Shown: positions 43,951 through 58,054 of the stretch, piece after piece
Layout: each line of letters opens with the position of its first letter
How positions within the stretch are numbered: position 1 is the stretch's first letter
DNA from: Azolla caroliniana
Taxonomy: Eukaryota > Plantae > Polypodiophyta
Direction: 5' to 3'
Assembly: GCA_043228905.1 (NCBI GenBank)
Contig: JBHGNT010000004.1
Span: 22,196,001 to 22,260,000 of the forward strand
Length of the DNA stretch: 64,000 nucleotides
Made by a program: the position numbers and the translations under genes
Notes under the pieces: generated by a model
Seen by the model: the letters and a program-made list of their open reading frames with translations, nothing else
Databases searched by the model: none
Told to the model about the DNA's origin: nothing

Positions 43951-46210
43951 TATAAGCTATAAAGTATAATTCACGTGTAGCTACACCTACAGAAAATGTG
44001 CACGTCATTGATAGTAATTGATCCAAAAGATTAAGATGTTTTATTATTATTATTTGAGGTCAATTTATGCTCTACAAGGAATCACCTTACTCAGTTAAAC
44101 ATTGATGACATCGATTAGTTTTGTATTTGTCTCATTAACATGTCAATTAATCAATAAGTTCCATCATTGTAATACAATCTGGCTATACATGCTACTTATT
44201 GGAATAAGAAATACCTGCGAGTCATTTGATCAATGAAATGAGTGGTCAATCGTTTATCAAATGCTCATTGATAATCATTCAAGCAAGCAGTCCACCACTG
44301 ATGCATTTAATTGTTTATAATGCTTGGAGAATTTAGACAATATTCCCTCACTAAATATCCTTCCAACAAGTAGGGTTGGGATCAAAATTATCTAGACTAG
44401 AGAGTCGGGACTTTTGATCTTTAGTGCATAGCTATAATTAAGGCATTTATTTCTCTATCGAACAAAACATTTGAAACACATCTTCCATCCATTTAAATGC
44501 AACTAAACATGAGATTATGATTCATGGAATTTCATGTTATCAATCAAATAATAAATAACACTTTTGGTGCAGTATCATTTATAAAGTATTTTAAAACATT
44601 AGATTGTTTCAATATTCTAATATATAGAAAATGTATTTATCGAATGATTAGTTATTACTCGAGAGTCGACACACTCCTGATAGTCTATAAATTAAAAACA
44701 CTCTCACCGCTAAATGTACACTGTATTGAAAGTGCACCTAATTGGAGGCTGACTATCTACACACCCTAGTCATAGCTTTTGTTTGGCAATTATAATGGTC
44801 TGTAACAACATACATATGTCACAATCATACATGAAGCTATATAACATGTGACCCACTAATCTACCTAAAAGTGTTGTAATTCCGGAAACAATGTCAAAGA
44901 AGAAGGCAAACAAACAATCCACGTGTGCACACAAACTTTCATGCACACACTAAGTATAATCCCGCGCATACACACACACACACACAATCTTATCTTCATA
45001 TTTGTATCACATTTTATATATTCCCTCCACTTTGCTTAAAGAGGTATTTTGGTGTCACTAAAGTTCCTAACAATAAATTCCGACATACTTTCTAGATTGA
45101 ATTGTTTGATAGCTATATTTTTTATTCTCTTGTCATTAACAATCAAGACCATGTCAAGGGTGTTATAATGCGGACATCCAATCATGAGCATTCGAGTGAT
45201 GATGATGATGTAAGAAGAGAAAGCATGAGAAGTTGCAAGACACACAACTCAACAATGCTAACATCAGAAACAACGAGAACTGATGATAAGTATCATCCAA
45301 TCACTTTCATCCCTTGCAATGTTTTGATGTCATGGTTTAGATGTTGAGTACATAAATTGTTATGTGGATGAGACATTTATGGTGGAAGAACATGACTCAA
45401 TTGCAACATTACTGAAACTCTTTGCATGGTTGAGAATAATCTCCAAGACCATTTCAACTTTATTAAGCTTCGATAATTTGTTATGTCATTTTTGTTGTTT
45501 GAAAGGAAGAGGTATCTTCGAAACAATCCATTCTCTTGCCTAGGAGGTGGCGATGGGAAAGCTGTAAGGATGGAGACAAAATCCAATGCATTAGTATAGG
45601 AATCACAACACATGTGCAAGTATGCGATGAATGATTAGAGGGCGAGTCTGAGGACGTTCATCAAAGTTGGATGTGGGTCGAAGAGCTCTCGACTTTGGCC
45701 CAAATAGATATTCCATGTGAGCTATATATAGTATACGGGATGTGGTGTGGCCCAAGCAACTTGGCATAAAAGGACATTCCTGTAAACCTACCTAGAGTGA
45801 ACCTATAGTGAAAGAGCACTATACATGAAACCACTTCAACCCTTGTATTCTCGAAAGCCTCCAGAAGGGAGAAGGCGGGTAGGTGGAAAGGCGAGAAGGG
45901 GGGGGGGGGGTGCTGGAACGAACAATGATCGGGGTGCAAATGCTGGAGCTAGTGATCGGGGGTGTAAAATCCTGGAATGAGAGATCGGGCCGGACAGCTC
46001 GAGATCGAATCGATGACGCGATCATGGTGATTCCTCGGCCAATTCCCCCACTACACAAACACACATTCATTGCCTGCCTTTTGATTCAAAAAACAAAAAT
46101 ATAACCCAACCCCAACACACACACACAAAAAAAACACAGAAGAAAGAAAGGCAGAAAGTTCCCTCCCAAATCCTTCCCTTTCCATACATATATGTATGTA
46201 CATACATACA

Positions 46211-46241
<31 letters not shown>

Positions 46242-46280
46242 AATTAGAAAAAGTTCATGCGATCTGCTTTTTTTGTCCCC

Positions 46281-46337
46281 CGCCATCGCCATCGCCATCG
46301 CCATCGCCATCATCTCTGCTTTCCTTCTGCACACATC

Positions 46338-46384
<47 letters not shown>

Positions 46385-46609
46385 AAACACACACACAGAC
46401 AGAGACAGAGACAGAGACTGACAAGAGACAGAGACAGATGCAAACTCTCCATCGCACTCTTTCACTCCCTCGAGCTTTCCCATTCTCTCTCTCTCTCTCT
46501 CTCTCTCTCCCCCCGTCTGCTAATTTCTGTCTCCTGTTCCTTCTTTGCTTTAACGAGGATGCTTCTTCCTTCTCCTTCCTTCTCCTTCAAGCACGCCATG
46601 CCATGCCAT

Positions 46610-46661
<52 letters not shown>
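46281..46661. repeat. Microsatellite cluster ((GCCATC)n, (CT)n, (GACAGA)n) upstream of ARK
   Basis: Directly visible. CT-rich tracts are typical of plant 5' leaders. Confidence 0.9.
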
Positions 46662-46665
<4 letters not shown>

Positions 46666-47134
46666 GTTTGATCTGATGACCACGTCAAGTGAATCCTCCC
46701 ATGGAAGTACTCGCATCATCTCTTGAAAAGAAGAACGGCTTGCTTTGCCCGTGTTTGGTTTTTCCTTTACCTAAGAATAAAGCTTCGATTTCCCATAGCT
46801 TCTGACGTCGCTTGTGAACCGGAAGGACCATGCAATTCCACGCTTTTATGGCGACAATGTGTCGATTGAAGAGAAACAGCCTTTCTGTGCCAAGATTTTG
46901 AACCTTACTATCCAGCCAAGTTTCGTTCATTCAGTTTTCTACGGAGGAAAGCATACATCCTCCGAACAATTAGAATCAATCGTCTGTGCTAGACACTGAC
47001 GTTTTTGGCCCTAGAAGGTTAATTAAAAAGCTTCAATTTCAATGGAAACGAATGTTTCCAAAATGGATGATATACTCATGTTGATGTTGATATTGACCTG
47101 ACCATTAAGCAGAACGATAACAACAAAGCATTCC

Positions 47135-50100
47135 ATGGCTACTTCTCGCGCTTCCATCCTACACAAATGTATCTCCAACCCCCCATCTTCTTCGTCATAC
47201 AACCGTACTCCTGCCAAACGTTCTGTCACCAAATCAGAGGACGGCACAGGTGAGAAGAGCATTCCATCATTTCTCTTTCTCTCTTTACTGCACGGTCACA
47301 TGTTTTCATTAACCATTCCGAACTCAAATCCTTCAGGATGGATTTATGATGTTTGCACCAGAAATATTCTTCTGCCTCTGTATTATTTTAGTTTTTTTTT
47401 CTGTATCTCCAATTGGTCATTATGATTCTCTTACTATATACCAATTAAAAATCGCTGTCAAATTCTAGTTTCAGGAGATGCTGCAAATGTAGTGTCTTTG
47501 ATCAGGATAATATGATGTTTTTATTTGTAATTCTGCACTTAAATATTTGAAGATTATTATAAAATTCGTTCTACCTATGTTTTTAAATCTATCATTGAGG
47601 AAGAAAGCTAGGCAAGATGTTTTCACTCGCCGTTTACTTAATTCTACATATTCTCCAAATCTGTCTTTAGAGTACTTCAAGATGTGGTGTTTTGGTCTAG
47701 ATAATAAGATGTTATCGTTTATAATTCTGTGACTCGAATCCTCCAGTGCTCACAATTTTGTAACAAAAGCTATCATTGTGCATTTGGCTTCAATTGATTT
47801 CTGAGGAAGAATGGATGGTCTGATTTGGTCTTTCAGTCAATCATTGAAGAAGGAAGTATGTCCTGATTTTTTTAGCTATCTAACTACTCCCTTCTTCGTC
47901 TCACTACAAAATTCAGTGGTTAGTCTTTGTGGTTTCTTGTCCACTGTGGCTTAATCCTGCATGATGATCATGCAATACTTGCGTAAAAACATCTCTGAAT
48001 TGCGGAAGCGCAGAAATATGATTCTCACATCGTATATGTCATGGTTCTAATGCCAGAAAATGTCTGGTGTGATATTCACAAAAATGCTTTTCAGTTTACA
48101 ATGCCTGAAATGGCTACCCGTTCTGTATTTACCGTTCTTTAATAGTGGTTACCAGCGCCCCCTTGTATTCGATGACATGATCATGCCTCTCTTTTTTAAG
48201 TACATTGCATAGTGCTCAGCTGGGGGTTGGTTGAACATCTTAGAAACACTTCCAAGTTCTAACTGGTTGATTCTATGCACAAAATTTGTGTGGTTTATTG
48301 TAAATTATCTTTAAGAATGACACTGGATAAAGAATAGAGCCCTCAAGTTGATGCAACAACTATATATTAATTAAATCATGTGCCTAAACAGGCAGAATTA
48401 TTGTTGCATTTTTGGCTCCAGTTTCGTAGCTGAGATATCTTCTTGATATTGCAAGTTATAAAGGTGAGTATGCCCAACAATTAGATCTAGGATTGATTGA
48501 GTTGCTCAGGTAGGTAGGTGGTTGTGTCTTGGAAATATTATTTGAACCTCAAACGTATTATTTTCAACATCTTGTGATCCATATTGTGCTTGTTCTAAGG
48601 CTAATGCATGTTTTCCATTTTAAGGTTATGAAGTGCGACAGGCTCATCAGCTTGTAGATCATTTACCTATGCATCTTATGATGACAATGCCTCGTACACA
48701 TAATTATGGTCTCTATGATTTCTCTAAAATTTAAGAATGCTTTGAAATTCAACATTTTGGGGGCTATTTAGATGCTGTGAGAACTAACAGGAGGTATACA
48801 AGTATATTTGCTCCTCAGAGGACATACATTTGACTTGCACAATTGTTATCTCTGCAATTTGATAGTTGAAATATTTGAAACTCTCAGTCACTCTATACAT
48901 AGTCTTATTTGAATATTGCATTCTTCAGTTCCACGAGGTCAGATGAAGAACTTTAACATGCGAAACCATTTGAAATAGCCTTGTTGGGCCTCATATTTCA
49001 TGAATCCCATCCAACAAACAGCAGATATTTAGACTCTCCCATTGAAATTTCTTGGAAAAATGTGATTTTTTCTCCCCTTTCTCCTGTTCTGTTTATTAAT
49101 TTCATATTCTTTCTAGTTTGATTTTGTTATCTGGTTACTGGTTGGGACAACTCTAAATCAAGTGTTTGACACAAAAATTATTTGAATATTGTGTCTCACT
49201 GTGTGTTTTCTTTGATCTCAGTATCTGGAAGGGTTCGGGTAGCAGTTAGGCTTCGTCCTAGGAATGCAGAAGAGTTGAAGACAGATCTCGATTTTGCAGA
49301 TTGTGTGGAGCTTGAACCAGAGGTCATATCTAACTTTCATTTTGATTGCTTTGTGCGATCTTCATTATTGATATCAGTGCCTGCCAGTAAAATAATGGAA
49401 ATCAGTTCTTTTGTTTGCGTGTTGGACGTCTCGAAAGTTAAGATTATATTTAATTGTGTGTTTTTCAGGCAAAGCTTATTACTATCGCTATTGATTTCAT
49501 AAGAATTTGAATATAATTACTATTGAAGCTTGACTATGCTTAGTAACAAAGTCAGGTAGATACGATATCCATCATGTAGAGTTATTAATGTTTTTTAAAT
49601 TGCTTTTGGCTTTGGCAGTTGCACCGATTGAAGCTTCGGAAGAATAATTGGGAGTCTGATACTTTCCAATTTGATCAAGTTTTTACAGAACATGCATCAC
49701 AAAAGCGGGTGTACGAAGTTGTGGCAAAACCTGTTGTAGAGGTATTTTCAAACACTCTTAACCTGTTAATGATATGTCTACTCAATTCTTTGATCATATA
49801 ACAAGGAGATTATAGATTATGCACATTTGTATGCTTCTCCAAACGGGATGAAATATAAGATCTGTAGATTCTTACAAGTCAAGAGGTGTGATGAGGGCAA
49901 ACCATATAAATCTGGCTTATACTCTTGAATAACAACTCAAATATAAATACTGAATATGACAACTCCTAAAGCATACACCATGTTATGGGAAAAGAGAGAA
50001 GATACGTTATGGGACAACTTCTGCGTAGGAAAGCATTGCAGATGCTGGTGGCATCTTATGGGAAAAGAGAGAAGATACGTTATGTGTGCTTGTGTTTCTG

Positions 50101-53100
50101 TTTTGATATCCTCTTATATCTTTTCATCAAGTGATTTCATGAATAGGCACACATACACATGCACAAAAAACGGGGTAGTTACTAGTTCATGAACTCATAA
50201 CAGAAGTTGAATGGCCAATGGGCATCCTGGCATCCATATCTTCATGATACCATAGGCTCTCTCAATATTGACATTATTATCTGCTGAGATTAGATTGTAG
50301 CCTACAAGATAGCTCATAGATACAAATTTACAATTGCTTTGCCCTTTCATGGGGTAGTGATACATATCTTGAGGATGTCTATTCCAGGTAGCAGGGATCC
50401 AGCTTTTAGTACAGCATCTGAATGGTAATATAATAATCCTTGAGAGTTATGAGCCCCAAAGCAAACTTCCATCTTGTTACCTAAACGAGGACTAAGAAAA
50501 AGAAGAAGTGCTCTTCATCCAGTAAAGCAAAAGAGTAGACAGAATCAATATTTTTGAATATGTAAGTCAGCTTATACCCCTGATGTAAACATAGATGGGG
50601 TTTGCCTACTTGTGGGAACTAGTAGTGTAATTAGAGATGGTATGGCATCTAGTCCACATAAGGCATAAAATGATTTGCAGCATCCATGCCCTCGGAAGTT
50701 TTCTTCTGCCAGATGCAATACATATTTCTAGCTATTAAAATAATATCCATTTCTAGCTTTATCTCACCAAGTTCTAATTAGAAGGGAAGTAATTACCATA
50801 CATAAGGTCTCAATTGTTTACTCATGTTTCTATTTTGTTGCACTGAGTCCATAAGCTGTCAGACCCATTTCATGTTTTCTTCCTTGTAATCATCATGCGT
50901 TCTTATTTGATAATTTTCAGAGTGTGTTGGAGGGGTACAATGGGACTTTAATGGCGTATGGCCAAACAGGAACAGGTAAGACGTACACTTTGGGTCAGCT
51001 GGGTGATGAAGATGATTCAAGTCGAGGAATAATGGTCAGAGCAGTAGAGGACATTCTAGCAGCAGTTTCATCAAAAGAGGATTCTGTTACAGTTTCATAC
51101 CTGCAGGTAAATTGCTTCTGTGCTGATTAATTTCAAAATGAAAAGTTTCTATTGTTTGCATGCATGCTGATCTATTTTTGGAATCTGCTAATAATCACAA
51201 TATCATTTCAGCTATATATGGAGATGATCCAAGACCTCCTTGCTCCTGAGAAAGAAAATATTCCAATTGTTGAGGATCCAAAGATGAGAGATGTATGTGT
51301 CCCTGGGGCAACTGTTATTGATTTGAAAGACTATAAAAGCTTTATAGATTTGCTGAAAGTTGGAGAAGCGAACAGAGCTGTTGCAAATACAAAGCTCAAT
51401 GCCGAATCGTCTCGGAGCCATGCTATTCTTGTTGTAAGAATGTTGTGGTGGTTTTGTACTATGTAGAGGTCTTTGTACTCATAAGAATGGATGCGCTAAA
51501 ACTTTCCGGAGATATTAGCTGGACAATTGTTTCCTAACAAAACATCAGTTTATGATATGTATTAAGGGATGCAGTTTCCTAGAGAGTTTGAGGACAGATT
51601 AGACTTGTGCTATTGTTGCTTTTACTAGGTAGCTTAATTTTGAGAGGGATTTTATTTTTACTGTATGGATATTTTAATACTTTAGTATATGAAATGTTTT
51701 TAATTTTGGGCGGTTTACTACAGGTGACGGTGAAGAAGCTTGTTAAGGAGAGTTCAGAAGAGTTACTAGTATCAGACAGTGTTGATAATCTGTTTTGTGG
51801 AAGAGACTTTTCAGTCCCAACTGTTCGAAGAAGCAAATTAGTGGTTGTTGATCTAGCTGGTTCTGAGCGAATCGATAAGTCTGGTCTGTTTTAATTTAGT
51901 GTACTGCTCAATTGAAACCCCAAATGCCCATGTATCAACAAAATTGGGCCTTTTTTCAGGAGTTGGCGGATCTTCTCTAGATGAAGCTAAATCTATCAAT
52001 CTGTCGCTGACGGCACTTGGAAAATGCATTAATGCACTTGCGGAAGGAAGTTCACATGTTCCAGTAAGAGACTCCAAGCTGACGAGACTACTTCGTGATT
52101 CATTTGGAGGTGGTTCTTTACTTTCTATTTTTATGCAAATTTAAAAGGTTGACATTCTTGTGTTCACTGCTTTTCTTGCTGTTATGATTGTTGTTTTCAT
52201 TTGCTTACATTGCAGAACATCAGTGTCTAGAGTATATTCATATGAATGGTCTGCTGACTCTAGATACTTCAAAGTAATAGTAATATAGAGTCGTAAATGA
52301 TGCAAAGCTTTATGAGGGGATTGGTTATTTTTTGCATCTGTTTTATATTCCAGGAGTTAGTTTCATGAATTATATTCTACTTTCTTTGTTTTTCCTTTTA
52401 AATATGCATATTTTTAATTGGCATTGTGTTATGAGCTATAAGACTTGAACTTATGGTGTTAGATAGATATATATTTGTGTAAGAGCACATAAACTCTGAA
52501 CCATCAGCTTTTTCTTTAACATCTGCAATGGACATATTATGCTTGTATCTTTGAAGGGCATCTTAGAAGAAAACTTTTCATGTTTATAATTAATTGTGGA
52601 GAAGCAAGGTTTGATGTAATATTGTGGAGAGAGCAACCATAATAAGATATACTACACAATGTGTCATGGTATATTATCATGCATTTATGGAGATGTACAC
52701 CCCTTTTGCAAGTGCATTAGGTAATAGCAATCTAACATTGTGTCCATTATGTTGCTTTGTTGATGGGATAAGCGTAATCAAATCCCCATCTCTGGGTAAA
52801 AGAAGTGTACTAGATCTGATTTTTTTGCTTGTGTACTTTTGGAATTTGATGTATATATTCATATTGGTTGTGCTGTGGATGAGAGGTTCAAGTGTTGTAG
52901 CATGTGAATGAGAACTTAAATATGTTGCTTTGATTTTCCATTGAAGCAAAATAAGTTCTGTGATTTGAGCAAATGAACTGTTCTTTACAAATGGAATTCA
53001 TACACTTATCTTGATGTCGTCAGGAATTTGGCTATTCCAAACTACAAGACACTTAAACTGTTTTGTAATGTTGTGGTAGGGTCTGCTAGGACCTCGCTAG

Positions 53101-56100
53101 TCATCACTATTGGGCCATCTCCCCGCCATCGAGGCGAAACTCTGAGCACTATCATGTTTGGGCAAAGAGTAAGTTTATGAATTTTTCTTGAAGGATACAG
53201 GTCTTAATCATGCAATCACTCGCAAAATGTACTGTTCTTATGAGATATACTCATCTTCTTCTCATCACTCTCATATCTTGTAAAGGCAATGAAGGTTGAG
53301 AATATGGTGAAGCTGAAGGAGGAATATGATTACAAGAGCCTTAGCCGGAGGCTTGAGAAGGAGATCGACAGATTGGTTATAGAAAATGAAAGACAAACAA
53401 AGGCAATGCTAGGTGCAGAGGGCTTGGAAAAAGCATATGAAGAGGTAAATTATTTCTCCGTTGTCTTTCTTATGCAGAAGGTAATACAAACAAGTGTAGC
53501 AACATCTGCCAGCCATTACTGTTTATGTCCAAATGTTTGGTGTGGATTGTTTGTTTAATTGGAACTCTTTTCAGTTCTAGTATTTTAAATAATGCTAGAA
53601 CCATAATTAAAAGAATAGAAATGGTCCAAACTTTGATAAAGTCATCTTGTTGCTTCTGTATAGTCTTGGAATATCCAGAGGTAACATTTCACCAGCTTGC
53701 ATTTTAAGTGCTTGGATGAACTGTGTCTCTATGATGCCAGTATGCAGTGAGCTACGGTATCATACATAACAAATGTAGGGTTCCCTTGGAAGATTCCATT
53801 AGCATGGACATAAATAATTCTTGGGGAATGAAGATGCATCTGTCATCATATCCATTTTTCTGAGCTCTGATAATAACTGGAGATTATAAATATTTATGCC
53901 ATCTACAAGAATACAGCAACTCAGAGAAAACTGTAAATCCATAAATGTTCCCAATGCATGTGACTAGTCAAGGATTCTTACAGAGATGCTGGCATGTGCA
54001 ATATAATCCTAACAAAGTTTTTGAAAAAGGAGGCCAACAATTGCATGAAGGTTTTGAAAAGCCAGATTTATTGAAGAATAAGCTTTGACTTTAAGATGAG
54101 TTCATAAAATCCTTAATGCTAGAATACAGCTTATTATGAAGTTGAGACTTAGATTCTAGGATATCTGGGGGGGATAAATACTTTAAGTAAAAAATCTCTG
54201 TAGAAAATAACGTGTGCACATTGTAAATCGTCAGAACAATGTGCCGAACCTTCTAGGCAGTGCTTTGAGTATATCACAGCCACTTAGCAAATCGTCATAA
54301 TTTTCACAAATCACATTATATGCTGAACATATGAGAAGTGAGAGTCGTGCACCACTAACTCTTCATTAAGCTATAAAGCTACCTCAACACCCAATTTGTG
54401 CACCTGAGTTAAAATAAGTGTAAGGGTTCTGTGTGAACTGAGGCTTATCGGGTTGGTGAGATGTGGCTGGAATGTCCTGGCATTCTTGCCTTGTACGGGT
54501 TGGGTTGCTATTTCCAATGGTATAGCATAATGTGATGGTGCTTTAAAGAAGCTTGCCAAACAGAGCACTTGTAGAACAAACATTTATTGAACTATCCCCA
54601 AATTGCATTTGATTGATCTCATACTGCAGCTTGAAAATGAACGATACATCTCTTGATTGGCATTCTCAATCTCTGTGGTGACCGTTACTCTGTGTAATGT
54701 GTAACGTCTTATTCCAAAGGCATCTACATAAAGGAATCTGGCAACCATTCCATACAAGGATAATTGACTCTCTAGGTGATATTGGAAATTGTCTTCTCTT
54801 TAGTGATGTCATTCTAATTTCTTTGCTGCCACCTTGTGCATGTAGTGTAGATTTGTAACTTTCTTTGTTTTAATTATTATAAAAATGTTTATAAGAACTT
54901 CTCTGGAGGATAATTTGGGTATTTAACAATGAAGACATATATTTTTATGCTAAAAGTTATGAATGAGCTGCCTATGCAGAGTTTTGTGCAAGTCCCCACG
55001 TTTATATTATGTTTTACATTGCTTTGATGCAATCTTGGAGGTACTAGTGATCTTCAGGTAGTTTGTACCAATACTTTCTGTTAGTTCTATGGTAGGAACG
55101 GTATGTGATGACATGGTGGTCTGCCTGCACATTGTGCTTGAAATACCTATAGTTGAAATGTACCTTAATATCCTGTCCTTCAGTAATTTAGTTAGGATTT
55201 GCTGAAGTATGGGTGGTTATTGTTCTTTATGTGAAAAGCATCTCATTTTAAGCATTCTACAGCATAATCTTTCTTCTTTCTAAATGTCTTACAAATCCAA
55301 TAATGTAATCTTTATAGATGGCAACTGGTCTAAAACTGAAGCATGAAAAAGAACTCATTGAATTAACAGAGAATTTGCATTTAGCACAAGATCAAAGAAT
55401 GAAGCTAGAAAGTGACCTCAAAGCATGTCAGGAAGAGCTTCAGCTACAGAAAGAGGTATGTGATCTGAATAAAATTACTTGTAGAGGTTTCTGTTTAAAT
55501 GAACCAGATTAACATAGAGCTTTATCATCAACAAACATTTTTTACTCATAACAAGTTATCATGTAACAAACTCTTTTTACCAATAACAAACTGTTTTTTT
55601 GTAGAACTTAATGTAACAAGCTAGATAATCTTTACATCTCTTTTTGATGTAAAAGGTTTGGTCACTAGAAATGTAACAAGTTCTTGGAGTTATCTAAACA
55701 TTGCTCTATGAAGGTATTTGTGATATGTCAAAAATTGGATGTTATCTATATAACTTATTGGTTAATTTTTCCAGAAATTAAATGAAGAGTTAACCAGGAG
55801 CCTAAATTTGGAACAAGAAAATAATTGTTTGAATGAGAAGTTGCACAAATTGCAGACTGAAATGGATGAGGTTGGGTTCTCAAAGTTTCATGGACTTCCG
55901 TATATGAGAGCCATTGGAATTTCAGACATCATTTCTAATTAATTATGTTTAATGTTTCATGTAGATGCAAAGAATAATAAAGCTAGTAAGAACAGGAAAT
56001 TATATGAAACAAGATAGAACCCAGAGTGTACAAAAACTTAATCAAAATAGAGATGGAGTCCGAGGACAAAAGTCCACAATTGTGAAATTGTTTGAGCAAG

Positions 56101-58054
56101 GTAAGAACATATATTGGTAATATAGTAACAGTGGATAACTCAGAAGATCTTCAGCTTACATTAAATCTGTGTTTCAGTGGGCCTGGAAAATGTTTTGAGG
56201 CTTTTAGAGTCTCCAGATGATGATGTTCAAATTCAAGCTTTGAAAGTGGTTGCAAATCTAGCAGCAGATGGTATGTGGGTGCTTAGAAAACGTAGAAATT
56301 TGCGTAAAGAGGCTCAGGGCATTTCTAGAGGACTTAACCTGATTTTTCTTTCTCTTAAATATAGAAGCAAGCCAGGAAAAGATTGTTGAAGCTGGAGGAC
56401 TATGCACATTGCTGCAAATTCTGCAACGCACAAAAGATGAAACCACCCGTCGAGTTACTGCTGGTGCAATTGCGAATCTGGCCATGAATGGTAATTGTGA
56501 TGGAATGATTGTTCGCATAATGCTGTGTGAAAAATTGACAACTTCTCTAAACAATTAGATATTGCATGTGTTTACTGCTAGATTTTGTGTAGTAGTATGT
56601 TTATAACAGAGCCAAAATGCATTTGAATGGGCTATCAATGTGTGGCTTCAGGAAGGCCGATTCATTTACAGTCAATCCTCGTTTCTCAGAAGAAAAAGCA
56701 AATATGGCAGTTCATTATTTTTCCCTTTGTGCAGAGAGGAATCAGATTATAATTGCTGAGAATGGAGCAGTGAAACTACTAGCTAATACAGCTAAGGATG
56801 CAGTAGACCCACAAACACTGTGTATGGTGGCTGGAGCACTAGCAAATCTTTGTGGGAATGGTAAAATTGTGTCTTGAAAATAGTAAGCTTTCAATGTTTG
56901 GAATTCCTATTGCGAACTGACGCTCTTTGATATTATCATGCAGCTGAATTGCAATCGAAATTGAGACATGAAGGTACTATTAAAACACTCTTGGGGATGG
57001 CAAGGTTAGGACACTCAGATGTACAAGCTCAGGTTGCTCGTGGAATTGCAAATTTTGCTAAATGTGAATCGCAGCAAGCTGTACAAGGTGAGACTCATTT
57101 TATTTTTTCTAGAAACTAGCTCTCAAGGTTTGTTGAAATATGGCAGTTCATCCATTACTAAGTTTTCCATGAAAGGGGATGAATCATGTTCATTTGAATA
57201 CAAAGGTAGCAACTTAGTTGCAAAGTGAGGAACTTATAAATAGATATTTTTGGAAAAAGTAATAAGGCTGGGGCTTCATTTCTGTGGTTTATTTATTCTG
57301 GAGTTTTCCATGAAAGAGAATTGAATTATGTTTATTTGAATAGGAACGTAGCAACTCATTTATCAAATGAGGAGCTTATAAATGTTTCGAGAAAAGTAAC
57401 AAAGCTCGGGCTTCTGATTTCACCCACAATTGTGAACTAGTCGTGAAGAGAAAAATTAATTAATTTGATGTCTCTGTTTTATATATCAAGCAATCTGTTA
57501 AATATGTCATTCATAATGAATGGACAAAGAAGTTTTGATTGGATTCTAATAAAAACACTGGAGGAATATAAAATAAAAACCACTTTTATGCTTCAGAGGG
57601 CAAGCTAAGGTCATCGCTTATTGAAGATGGAGTCCTGCCATGGGTTGTTTACAATGCAAGCAATGAGCTGGCTGCTATCAGAAGACACATTGAATTTACA
57701 CTTTGTCACTTGGCCCAAAATGGTAAATTGTGTTTTTAAACATCAATTCTACTTATTCTAATTTATAATATCATGTCCATGTCTGTAAGTTTATTATCTA
57801 ATTGAAGGAAAAGGATATCATTTTCTTCTAAATTCTGTCTTTGAGATTCATTATGATCATCATTTCTGTTTATTGATTTGGTCATTTTTATAGAATCTAA
57901 CACAGAAGACCTCATTAAGGCTGGGGCCTTCAAAGAGCTAGTCCGCATATCGACAGAGAGTGATCGTGAGGACATTCGTGATTGTACATATCGAGCTATT
58001 TGTGCCAGTCCAACACTACAAGCAGAGCTTACGAAATTGAGAACCCCATCTTAA
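47135..58054 (+). CDS. ARK: Armadillo-repeat kinesin (kinesin-ARK), ~18 exons, roughly 815 aa
   Basis: Motor motifs are [30 protein letters not shown]-loop [10 protein letters not shown], switch I NAESSRSH, switch II DLAGSER and [19 protein letters not shown]. The neck [19 protein letters not shown] leads to a coiled coil and then ARM repeats ([42 protein letters not shown]). The first exon is 47135-47249 and the last is 57893-58054. Confidence 0.96.
49983..50084. repeat. 29-bp direct repeat in an ARK intron
   Basis: ttatgggaaaagagagaagatacgttatg at ~49983 and ~50056. Confidence 0.85.
57161..57413. repeat. Degenerate ~115-bp tandem duplication in an ARK intron
   Basis: agttttccatgaaag...gtagcaact...gagga.cttataaat...aaaagtaa.aa.gct.gggcttc occurs twice, period ~141 bp. 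Confidence 0.8.

Noticed and set aside
46086-46671. ORFs of 123 and 132 aa upstream of ARK
   Set aside because: They are products of microsatellite tracts that lack stop codons.
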